Shown here one piece after another: positions 39,132-47,033 of a stretch of 47,033 nucleotides of DNA; the first letter of the stretch is position 1; each line of letters starts with the position of its first letter. A program made the position numbers and the translations under genes. The stretch is from a virus, in the IMG/VR virus record IMGVR_UViG_3300027985_000385, positions 1 to 47,033 of that record, one strand, 5' to 3'. The notes under the pieces were generated by a model. It made no database searches and was not told the origin of the DNA. It saw nothing but the letters and a program-made list of their open reading frames with translations.

Positions 39132-40449
39132 AAACCTAGTAGCTGCGTCTTTCCGTGGTGTGACGTTCTCTGTTCGCACTGAGTCGCAGCCTGAAGGCGG
39201 ACGTAAGATCGTACTGCACGAGTACCCTAATAGTTCAATGCGGTACGTTGAGGATCTGGGCCAGATTCCGCCTCGCTTCCGTTTGACTGCATACGTGCAC
39301 GGGGACAACTGGCAGGCGCGGGGGGCTGCTCTTGAAGGTGCTCTCAACAGAGAGGGCATTGGTCGTCTGATCATGCCGACGCTCGGCTCTTTTGATGTGT
39401 ACGCACTTCCTTATCGTAAGGACGCTAGCCAAACAAGCATAGGTATTTTCTCGTATGAACTTGAATTCGCTGTTGGAAGTGCAAACGTAGCACCAAGCGC
39501 AGCGACGTCCACAGAGGAAACTGTCTATGCAAATGGTGATGCTGCAAGACAGGCTATCCAGGGAGTGTTTGAAACCATTTGGAGTCCACCTATACAGAAT
39601 AGCAACAAGCGTGTTGCACAGTTTGATACCACTCAAGCGATGGATACGCTTCAGTCGTTATTCAAGGACTCTGCGTCTGCATCTACAGTACGAGAATTCA
39701 CGGAAAGCGCTGATGGTGTTGTTTCAGACATTGGCCGCAACATCAGGAACAGCAAGACGTTCTCTGAGCAGATGATTTATGGTACGGGTGACTCTCTTGG
39801 CGTTTGGCAAGCGCTTTCTCTGTCTCAGAATCTTGGTGCAGGCTACAAGTCTGCAATGAACATGACTACATGGGGAAGTGATCTCACTCTCCAGCTTGGA
39901 GATGTATTCCGTTCAAGCGCACAAAATAACCCGACATACGCAACGAGCGGAAACAGATCAATTCCGCTTTGGCCATCATCTACAGCAGAGCGTATTAAGC
40001 GCAACAAAAACCGTACAGCACTCGTAGATACAACTCGCGTAAACGCACTTGTTGTTGCGTATGAACAGGCTGCATCTTCTGATTTTCAAACTCAGGACGA
40101 TGTGATATCTGTACGAGAAGAGCTTGAGACAGCATATTCACAGCTCATTATAGAGGACGGGGCTGATAATACTAGGTTGGTTGGAAAGCCAGATGTAAGA
40201 AACTCCGTAGATGCACTTCGGTATTCTGCGCTTGAGGTTCTCGCAGAGAAGCAGCAAAATGCATACCAGATTGTATCAGTAGATGACGCAGGCATGGTTG
40301 CAATCCCTGTACTTACATACTCTTTGTACGCAGAGAATATAAAGAATTCTTCAACCCTGTCTGATAGGACTGGAGTTATCAGAAAGCTGAACCCAAGCAA
40401 GAGCGCTGTAAATATCAACGGATCTGCTCAGGTACTGAGGGAAGCATGA
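39115..40449 (+). CDS. DNA circulation protein (Mu gp43-like), TTG start
   Basis: AGGAGGA lies upstream of TTG 39115. ...ASFRGVTFSV....GGRKIVLHEYPNSSMRYVEDLG... Confidence 0.78.
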   Translation: MPSRIRNLVAASFRGVTFSVRTESQPEGGRKIVLHEYPNSSMRYVEDLGQIPPRFRLTAYVHGDNWQARGAALEGALNREGIGRLIMPTLGSFDVYALPYRKDASQTSIGIFSYELEFAVGSANVAPSAATSTEETVYANGDAARQAIQGVFETIWSPPIQNSNKRVAQFDTTQAMDTLQSLFKDSASASTVREFTESADGVVSDIGRNIRNSKTFSEQMIYGTGDSLGVWQALSLSQNLGAGYKSAMNMTTWGSDLTLQLGDVFRSSAQNNPTYATSGNRSIPLWPSSTAERIKRNKNRTALVDTTRVNALVVAYEQAASSDFQTQDDVISVREELETAYSQLIIEDGADNTRLVGKPDVRNSVDALRYSALEVLAEKQQNAYQIVSVDDAGMVAIPVLTYSLYAENIKNSSTLSDRTGVIRKLNPSKSAVNINGSAQVLREA

Positions 40450-41573
40450 CATTTGAGATACAAGTTTCTGGTCGTCCATTCAGGCTGTGGGAGACTGCAA
40501 AGGTTTCGCGCAGCATTGACGACAACACCGGGAAATTCTCTTTTACGAACTCATCTCTTCTTCCTTCTGATTTTCCTGTGAAGGCAGGAGACCCTGTACG
40601 CATACTTGTGAACGGAACACCAATCGTTACAGGATACGTTGATGAGGTTGGTGCATCAGGTTCAGTTGATAACCATGCAATCACTGTCTCTGGTCGTGAC
40701 TCTACAGCTGATCTTATCGACTCGTCACTTCCAGATGCTGTGAAGAGCTTGGATGGTCTTATGGACATCAAGAGCCTTTCTGAACGCGTCATCGCTGCAC
40801 TAGGTGCGAATATTCAGGTTGTTGATACAACTGGATTGCAAAATTACATTTGGGATCTGAAAATTGATGGTTCCACTACTGAAACGTGCATAAACTTTCT
40901 GATGAACTATGCTAGAAAGCTGCAGGTATATATGATTGCTGACGGAAGAGGGCGTCTTCAGATTTTCCGTCCAGGAGGTACACGCGCATCGTCTCCGCTT
41001 CTCCATTTGTCAACCAATCGTTCGAACAATGTAAAGTCTTGGAACGTGCGAATCGGCTACCAATCTCGGTATAACACGTACATATGCCGATCGCAGGACA
41101 ATATTGGATTCGACGAAGAAGCTGACTACGGGGAAGAAGGAACTTCCCGCACAGGTATCGTTGTGGATAGCACAATCCGTACCGGAAGGCTTCTTGAGAT
41201 AGGAGCAGAAGAAAGCATGAATGACACGGAGTGTGGAGGCCGTGCAAATGAAGAAGCAAATCTTCGTCGGGCACGGAGCACAGAGTATACGGCTCTTGTC
41301 GCTGGTGTAACACAGTCAAATGGTGACCTTTGGAGTCTTGGAGATAGAGTCACTGTTCAGGATGATTTTTCTGGCCTGCGTGGTGACTTCCTAATCAGGG
41401 CTATCCAATATTCCATAGGTATTCGTGAAGGATCTCAGACTGAAATCACAATCGCACCTATCGATGCGTACACCGTTCAGGGTACTGTAACAGCAGGAAA
41501 CAAAAGACTTGGCCAGGTATCTAGGCAGATCACATCAGAAGATGCCCGTAAGGTCGCCTCTAGGAGCCGCTAA
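40446..41573 (+). CDS. Baseplate hub protein (Mu gp44 / gpP-like)
   Basis: 375 aa. ATGA overlap. Position plus N-terminal motif ...GDPVRILVNGTPIVTGYVDEV...VSGRDSTADLIDS. Confidence 0.68.
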   Translation: MTFEIQVSGRPFRLWETAKVSRSIDDNTGKFSFTNSSLLPSDFPVKAGDPVRILVNGTPIVTGYVDEVGASGSVDNHAITVSGRDSTADLIDSSLPDAVKSLDGLMDIKSLSERVIAALGANIQVVDTTGLQNYIWDLKIDGSTTETCINFLMNYARKLQVYMIADGRGRLQIFRPGGTRASSPLLHLSTNRSNNVKSWNVRIGYQSRYNTYICRSQDNIGFDEEADYGEEGTSRTGIVVDSTIRTGRLLEIGAEESMNDTECGGRANEEANLRRARSTEYTALVAGVTQSNGDLWSLGDRVTVQDDFSGLRGDFLIRAIQYSIGIREGSQTEITIAPIDAYTVQGTVTAGNKRLGQVSRQITSEDARKVASRSR

Positions 41574-42256
41574 TGCGCAACCCGTCATACTGGATAGACA
41601 AAATCAGAGGGCTGCTTAAAATAGCGACCCTGCGCAGTACAGACGATAGCGGAGCATTCCGTTTTGGTCAGATTGGTGCGCTTGGAAAGACTCAAACTGC
41701 AAACATATTCTCTCCGTATGGGTTGATACATCATCCTCCTGATGGTTCAATGGCAATGGTCCTAATCATGCAGGGCGAGGAGTCCAAGAGCATAACCCTT
41801 TGCGATGACCCTAAGCGTAGAATCAAAGGTTTGTCTGAGGGCGAGGTGGGCATCGCCAACTACCTGACACAGACGCATTTCATCATGAAGGAGAACGGTG
41901 ACTGGGACATTCAGGTAAATGGGAATGTGAACATGGTTGTCACAGGGAATGTGACCGCAACCGTCGCCGGGAATGCCTCAATGATGGTAACAGGGACTAC
42001 TTCTATTAATTCCGGACAGGATGTCACCATAACATCTGGTACGAAGATCAACCTCAACGCACCCCAGATAACTTGGCAAGGTGGCACGATTGACACAAAT
42101 GGTGTTACGGTTAATAATGGGGACGTCACAGTGAACAACGGCGGGAACGTCGTTCTTGATACTGGCGACGTAACCGCAGAAACTATTAGCCTCAAGGGAC
42201 ATGTGCACACCGACGTTACTGCTGGTGGAGACGATACAGGAGCACCGAAGCCATAA
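41573..42256 (+). CDS. Baseplate spike / assembly protein V (Mu gp45-like)
   Basis: N-terminal OB-like region plus a C-terminal beta-helix repeat (VNGNVNMVVTGNVTATVAGNASMMVTGTT...). Confidence 0.72.
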   Translation: MRNPSYWIDKIRGLLKIATLRSTDDSGAFRFGQIGALGKTQTANIFSPYGLIHHPPDGSMAMVLIMQGEESKSITLCDDPKRRIKGLSEGEVGIANYLTQTHFIMKENGDWDIQVNGNVNMVVTGNVTATVAGNASMMVTGTTSINSGQDVTITSGTKINLNAPQITWQGGTIDTNGVTVNNGDVTVNNGGNVVLDTGDVTAETISLKGHVHTDVTAGGDDTGAPKP

Positions 42257-42723
42257 TGTCTGGTCAAGATGTACGCATAACACCGAACAGCGACGGGCTA
42301 TTTGATCTGGTCGTTGAAGGAGCTGACTTTGCGCCAGTTGACGGTCTTGAAACGTCAATTGCAAACAGCTTGTTTTCTGACCGCAGGGCCGATGAGTCTC
42401 GACAGCAGAATCCTCGATATCGAAGGGGATGGATAGGAGATATTTTCGGTGCAGAGGAAGGCAATCTAATCGGTTCTCAGCTGTGGACGCTCGACCAGGC
42501 TAGGCTCACGCAGTCAACCATCAACGATGCTAGACTTTTTGCTATAGAAGCGCTCAACTGGATGATTACAGATGGCGTCGCACAAACAGTAGATGTCATT
42601 GTTGAGCAAGGTTCTCCTAGAGAAATCACGATAGCGGTGACCTTCACCACAACGTCTGGTGAGGTCAAAACATACGAATACCTGTGGAGAAATACGAATG
42701 TCGCTTACATATCCAACCGCTGA
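42256..42723 (+). CDS. Baseplate protein (Mu gp46-like)
   Basis: ...GLETSIANSLFSDRRADE...RRGWIGD...GSQLWTL...EALNWMITDGVA... Confidence 0.8.
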   Translation: MSGQDVRITPNSDGLFDLVVEGADFAPVDGLETSIANSLFSDRRADESRQQNPRYRRGWIGDIFGAEEGNLIGSQLWTLDQARLTQSTINDARLFAIEALNWMITDGVAQTVDVIVEQGSPREITIAVTFTTTSGEVKTYEYLWRNTNVAYISNR

Positions 42724-44050
42724 AGAGCTTAGACAGGAATCTAGCGCGGTGCTGGCGCGTAGGCAGCCGCAGGTAGACCCTACAATAACATCGTCATGGG
42801 CTCGTACTTTCCTTGAAGGGAACGCAATCAACTCCTTCAGCGTAATCGAGGTTGTAAAAGACCTTGAGGCGCAGCTTTTCCCGCAGACTGCAGATGGTGA
42901 GTTTCTTGAACGATGGGCAGCGTATGAAAACATTTCTCGCCTTGCTGCATCTCCGTCTGAGGGTGCGATCATTCAGAGTGGAACTGCTGGAACAGTAATT
43001 CCGATTGGAACAAGCTTTAGAAGCGCGTCAGGGCTGTTTTTCGAGTCTACAGCGGTCGCTACAATCGTTTCTACTGGTCTTTCCATTTCAAGCATAACGA
43101 GAGTTGGGACTACTGCTACAGCGACAACGTCTGCCGATCACGGGTACGCAACTGGCGTGTCTGTCACAATTTCTGGCGCAAACGAATCTGAGTATAATGG
43201 AACTGTATCGATAGTAGTAACGAGCTCTAATACGTTTACGTACACAGTCGAGGGTGCTCCTGCCACCCCTGCGACAGGGACAATTTCGTCCATGTCTGTA
43301 CTAGCATCCGTTGCAGTTAGAAGCGTAGACGCTGGCTCTAGCGTTAATATCGATGGCGGTGGAGTGTTCACTATCCAGGATACAATTTCTGGTGTTTCTG
43401 GAAACGCGTTTGCCACATTCGACGGGATAACTGGCGGAGCTGACGAAGAAGACGACGAGGCATTGCGTGCGCGTGTTCTTCTATCCAGAAGTATCATTCA
43501 GGGTGTATTTACAGAAGATCAGGTAATACTTGCCGCCCTTGGAATTGCAGGTAATACACGCGTGTTTGTAGTTCGCCCAATACTGAGAAGTGATCCTCCT
43601 ATTGTTGACGTTGGGACAACCCCCGCACCCGGACAGGTTGTCGTGTATATCCTGCGTGATAATGATTCGAATATCATACCGTCTCAAACAGTTCTCAACA
43701 ACACGAAGCAAGCAATAATCGACAATGGGAAGCTTCCTACAAACACAACAGAGTCTGACTTGTTTGTTTTTGCCCCTGACGCTGTCCCTGTTGACTTTGT
43801 TTTTTCAAGCCTGACTCCTGACACGCCTACGATGAGACAGGCTGTAATAGACCAACTTGCTGCATTCTTCGAGGACCAGGTCCAGTTCCAGTCAAATGTA
43901 ACGCAGGCGTCGTACCTCGGTGCGATAAACAACACCGAAGATTTGCAGACGAACACGTTCATTGAGTCATTTTCCGTTTCAACTCCGTCTGGTGACGTTG
44001 CAATAAGTGATGGACAGATTGCAATCTTAGGAGATGTGAGCTTTGCTTAA
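42698..44050 (+). CDS. Baseplate J-like protein (Mu gp47-like)
   Basis: Track ORF trimmed to ATG 42698 (GGAGA lies 7 nt upstream). 450 aa. Confidence 0.78.
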   Translation: MSLTYPTAEELRQESSAVLARRQPQVDPTITSSWARTFLEGNAINSFSVIEVVKDLEAQLFPQTADGEFLERWAAYENISRLAASPSEGAIIQSGTAGTVIPIGTSFRSASGLFFESTAVATIVSTGLSISSITRVGTTATATTSADHGYATGVSVTISGANESEYNGTVSIVVTSSNTFTYTVEGAPATPATGTISSMSVLASVAVRSVDAGSSVNIDGGGVFTIQDTISGVSGNAFATFDGITGGADEEDDEALRARVLLSRSIIQGVFTEDQVILAALGIAGNTRVFVVRPILRSDPPIVDVGTTPAPGQVVVYILRDNDSNIIPSQTVLNNTKQAIIDNGKLPTNTTESDLFVFAPDAVPVDFVFSSLTPDTPTMRQAVIDQLAAFFEDQVQFQSNVTQASYLGAINNTEDLQTNTFIESFSVSTPSGDVAISDGQIAILGDVSFA

Positions 44051-44669
44051 AGTCACAGAGTCGATATTTAATGCTCAAAGTCTTGATGAAGCTACAAACA
44101 CGCTTGGAGCACACCTGCCACAAGGTAAGGCGTGGTCCGTAGGCGTTGAAGGAAGCATCGTCAGAGATTTGATATCTGCATGCGCAAGAACTTTCCAGAT
44201 ATCTCAAGAATCGATAGAGCAGCTTTCTTTAGAATATGACATAAGCAAGACTGTTGACCTTATCGATGAGTGGGAAGAGTCTGTTGGTATACCAGATGCA
44301 TGCCTGTATTCTGTAACGTCTATTGAAGACAGGCGTAAACAGGTTATACAGAGACTTAGAAAACAGCCAATAGTTAAAATACAAGAAATGCAAGCGTTCG
44401 TTGACGACCTTTTCCCTAATTACAATATCACGTTGTATACAGGAAAAGAGTTTTTCTCATATGAGTACGACAACGAATACACGTACATCGGAGACATAAA
44501 CGAAAGATTTGTTATCGTAGCAACAGTACCATTCGATAATGAGTTTGAATACGAATACGAGCATACATACTCAGGGGCACCTGATGTAGACAAGCTGCGG
44601 TGCGTACTTGAAAAAGTTATTCCGACTAATGTTGTTTTACACATAGAATTTATTTCATCAGGAGCATAG
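44043..44669 (+). CDS. Tail protein, DUF2313 / Mu gp48-like (TTG start, uncertain)
   Basis: ...LGAHLPQGKAWS...IDEWEESVGIPD... motifs. Confidence 0.72.
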   Translation: MLKVTESIFNAQSLDEATNTLGAHLPQGKAWSVGVEGSIVRDLISACARTFQISQESIEQLSLEYDISKTVDLIDEWEESVGIPDACLYSVTSIEDRRKQVIQRLRKQPIVKIQEMQAFVDDLFPNYNITLYTGKEFFSYEYDNEYTYIGDINERFVIVATVPFDNEFEYEYEHTYSGAPDVDKLRCVLEKVIPTNVVLHIEFISSGA

Positions 44670-44671
44670 CA

Positions 44672-45580
44672 ATGCTTGAATTTCAGACAAAACAAAACCT
44701 TGGCGGTGCAAACGACTCTCGCGCCGCAACAAAGGCCGGAGCACTTGAGCAGAACAGCAGAAATGATGAACTTAAAACTGCAGTGACTGCGACAGGACAG
44801 ACTCTTACCCCAAACAGCACGCAGGTAGACACGAATACAGCACAGCTTGCAAAAGCCATGTGGATAAATGGTGTTTCTGGTGGACAGATGCAGGACAACG
44901 GATCTGCAAATGTTGTACAGTTGACGCCTATCACTGGCTCAACAGGACTTCGTGTTCCATCCGCTGCAGATGGTGGCTATGATGTTATGGACGGTGCGCG
45001 TGTTGTTTTCATGCCTGCATATGCCAACACTGGTAATACTACGCTGAACATCGGACAGACAGGTGCTACGCTTATTGGAGCAAAGAAGATGCTTCTTGAA
45101 GATGGTTCTGAGATCCCATCTGGTACTCTTTCTGCAGACGCTAGTATTGAGGTGAAGTACGACTCTTCAGCTGATAGTTCAAATGGTGCATGGATAGTTC
45201 TGCCATGGTCGTCTCAGTCTGGGTTTGCCCGCCTTGACACGCTCCAGACGTGGACAAAGCCGCAGTCAATGTTTGAGTACACTATCCCATATGCATCCTC
45301 TCTTGCATGGGACTTTTCACTGTACCAGACTGCACGCGTTACGCTTATCGGAGATGCTACACTTGCCAACCCATCAAACATCCCTGCAGGCGTACGCGGA
45401 CAGTACAGCCTTATTGTTGTTCAGGACGGCACAGGTGGATGGGCGCTTTCTTATGGTGCTGCATTCCTTCCTGCAGCTACGGGTAGAGAACTCCCAGCCA
45501 TCGCAACAGACCCTGGTGCGACTACGCTTATCAACTTTGAGACAGATGGAACATACGTATACGCTGGTGGTGGTGCATAA
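44672..45580 (+). CDS. Tail fibre protein
   Basis: 302 aa directly after the baseplate genes. AGGAG RBS. Gly/Ser/Thr/Ala-rich. Confidence 0.65.
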   Translation: MLEFQTKQNLGGANDSRAATKAGALEQNSRNDELKTAVTATGQTLTPNSTQVDTNTAQLAKAMWINGVSGGQMQDNGSANVVQLTPITGSTGLRVPSAADGGYDVMDGARVVFMPAYANTGNTTLNIGQTGATLIGAKKMLLEDGSEIPSGTLSADASIEVKYDSSADSSNGAWIVLPWSSQSGFARLDTLQTWTKPQSMFEYTIPYASSLAWDFSLYQTARVTLIGDATLANPSNIPAGVRGQYSLIVVQDGTGGWALSYGAAFLPAATGRELPAIATDPGATTLINFETDGTYVYAGGGA

Positions 45581-46419
45581 TGCCTATTCTTCATAGAAGC
45601 ACAGGTTTCTGGAATGGTGTCGCAGGGTGTACTGCAGCACGCTGGGCAGGATGGGACGAGACTGCAGAGGATACGCTTGCAAGCGAGTGCATCTATGTCG
45701 CCATGATGGAGAACACGGTAACTGGCGGAGGGGAAATTGGTCAGGGTTCAACGCTCGACGAAACAGCACGGACGCTCTCCCAAGCTGGTTCTGTCCCCGG
45801 AGCAACAGGTAGTCCGCCTTCCCGCACAATGATTGCGTCAAGTACGCAGTATTTGCAGGCTACAGACGATCTCATCGGATTCTTGAGGAACGACACGTTT
45901 ACAATAATCTTGAAATGGGACGGCGGGACAAGCACCGGACTGTGCAGATTCGACATGGACCCCACATTCTACCCAACCAACAAGATGGGGACGTTTGGTT
46001 TTACCCGCGTTGTTAACGGGACTGCGGCAGCACCGTTCATGCTGTATTGTGGTGTTGATGGGGTCAACAACCCTGTCTACCGAAATCCAGGCGATGCAAC
46101 ATATTTCAACAGTGGCGGTCCGTGGTGGCACGTCCTATTCAGCGACGGTACAACAGTATACTGTGGACTGAAAAAGGGAACCACAAAGCCAACAGCGCTC
46201 AGTGACTTCGACTACTATTGGGACGTGACAGCCCCTGGTACCCCAGGAACTGAAACGCAAGGTAATATAGAGCCGTCTTTTTTCACGAATGCGAATCTTG
46301 GTGGATCAATCAGGAATATAAACCATTACTCGTATGGTGCTGACCCCGGCGATGCAGCTGGAGCGTCTTACTACTACCTTGTCGTTTCTAACATCAACCT
46401 GATAAACATAGACATATAA
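45580..46419 (+). CDS. Tail fibre-associated / receptor-binding candidate (jelly-roll-like)
   Basis: 279 aa with a TAATG overlap with the fibre gene. Confidence 0.55.
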   Translation: MPILHRSTGFWNGVAGCTAARWAGWDETAEDTLASECIYVAMMENTVTGGGEIGQGSTLDETARTLSQAGSVPGATGSPPSRTMIASSTQYLQATDDLIGFLRNDTFTIILKWDGGTSTGLCRFDMDPTFYPTNKMGTFGFTRVVNGTAAAPFMLYCGVDGVNNPVYRNPGDATYFNSGGPWWHVLFSDGTTVYCGLKKGTTKPTALSDFDYYWDVTAPGTPGTETQGNIEPSFFTNANLGGSIRNINHYSYGADPGDAAGASYYYLVVSNINLINIDI

Positions 46420-46429
46420 GGGACAGGCC

Positions 46430-47033
46430 ATGTACTACAGATACCCAGATGAAATTATCGATGTGGCAAAGCAGTATGTGTACGAAGGGATTACATATCC
46501 TTCGTCAATCCTTTCTCGTCGCTCTGGTGAGACAGACGCTGTCTACGGTGCTCGTCTGAACTCCATTGGTGTGTACCCTGTTCGGTACATCCCATCTACG
46601 CATGATGCTACAACTCAGGCCCGTGGTCCTGAGGTAACAGAGGTGATCGACGGATGGTGGGTAATTTCGTACCCTGTGCCTATTGACCTTACGCACTGCT
46701 GGTCAAAAACTACCCAGGCAGAGGCGTGGCAACTTTCCCCCATTCCTGACGAATATACAACAGAAGAGCCTCCAGGCGCATGCTATGAATGGGTTAATGG
46801 TACAGGATGGGTTTGCCAAATTGCAGAAAACACGGCTATGGACAAGGCAGTCAGGGATAAGAAGCTCGATGAGTGTCAGTGGATGGTTAACCGACACAGA
46901 GACCAGGTAGACAATTCCGAATCAACGAGCCTTTCTGGTGCCGAGTACACTGAGCTTCTGACATTCAGGAAGTCGCTTAGAGACCTCCCCGCGCAGGACG
47001 TTGACAGCCGCAATTGGGTATGGCCGACCGAAC
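46430..47033 (+). CDS. Tail-fibre assembly/chaperone-like protein, 5' part (open at the window end; continues at 1..173)
   Basis: ATG 46430. No stop before the window end. Not listed in the ORF track because it is unterminated. Confidence 0.6.
   Translation, partial: MYYRYPDEIIDVAKQYVYEGITYPSSILSRRSGETDAVYGARLNSIGVYPVRYIPSTHDATTQARGPEVTEVIDGWWVISYPVPIDLTHCWSKTTQAEAWQLSPIPDEYTTEEPPGACYEWVNGTGWVCQIAENTAMDKAVRDKKLDECQWMVNRHRDQVDNSESTSLSGAEYTELLTFRKSLRDLPAQDVDSRNWVWPTE
46890..47033. repeat. Terminal direct repeat, copy 2
   Basis: Identical to 1-144. Confidence 0.95.

Noticed and set aside
1-47033. Genome-wide stop-codon reassignment (TAG or TGA recoding as in some gut phages)
   Set aside because: TGA and TAG terminate many well-supported genes at sensible lengths (terL ends in TGA, the endolysin in TAG). 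The large structural genes are uninterrupted. Only two early genes show in-frame stops.
1-47033. Diversity-generating retroelement or retron (checked the tail-fibre region and the structured non-coding regions)
   Set aside because: No reverse-transcriptase-like ORF exists anywhere in the window, and I saw no template/variable repeat pair near the fibre genes.

Overview
The window is one complete tailed dsDNA phage genome. The first 144 nt are identical to the last 144 nt, so the contig closes into a 46,889-bp unit, and one tail-fibre-module ORF reads across the junction. Head genes are HK97-type: portal, Mu-F/SPP1-gp7-like protein, prohead protease, major capsid. The contractile tail and baseplate are Mu-type: DUF2635-like, sheath, tube, chaperone with a -1 frameshift, tape measure, DNA-circulation protein, and gp44/45/46/47/48-like proteins.

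Layout:
- A leftward early operon on the minus strand runs 12556 to 3654. It carries an HTH regulator, Zn-finger proteins, a compact C5-MTase-like protein, a replication initiator with internal iterons, a loader-like protein, a PAPS-reductase-like cassette, an N6/N4 MTase, a VRR-NUC nuclease and a PD-(D/E)xK nuclease.
- A rightward early operon starts at the promoter near 12616 and runs to 19777. It has a roughly 290-nt structured leader, a Sak4-like/DUF669/Gp157 recombination module, a tandem-repeat protein and RHH proteins.
- terS and terL follow. Then come three tRNAs (Pro-UGG, Ser-UGA, Thr-UGU) interleaved with small Cys-rich genes, and an antirepressor/RHH module.
- The late operon (26193 onward) wraps across the junction into a lysis cassette with a GTA-type 3-TM holin and an M15 endolysin.

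I recognised no integrase, transposase, reverse transcriptase or CRISPR array.

The observations most worth follow-up:
- Two early genes are interrupted by in-frame stops: TAG at 7470-7472 and TGA at 18315-18317. Downstream of both stops the same frame continues with protein-like sequence; the TGA case is backed by a synonymous-substitution pattern against an intact paralog, the TAG case by gene layout and a recalled family resemblance.
- A long hairpin-rich leader lies downstream of a strong early promoter.
- A promoter-to-terminator candidate sRNA next to tRNA-Thr has pseudoknot-compatible pairing.
- AT-rich gene cassettes are bounded by short direct repeats.
- An iteron origin sits inside the initiator gene.
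- A perfect 12-bp x6 in-frame repeat lies in a DAAR/DAAW-repeat protein.

All functional names come from motif recognition by eye; no database search was possible.
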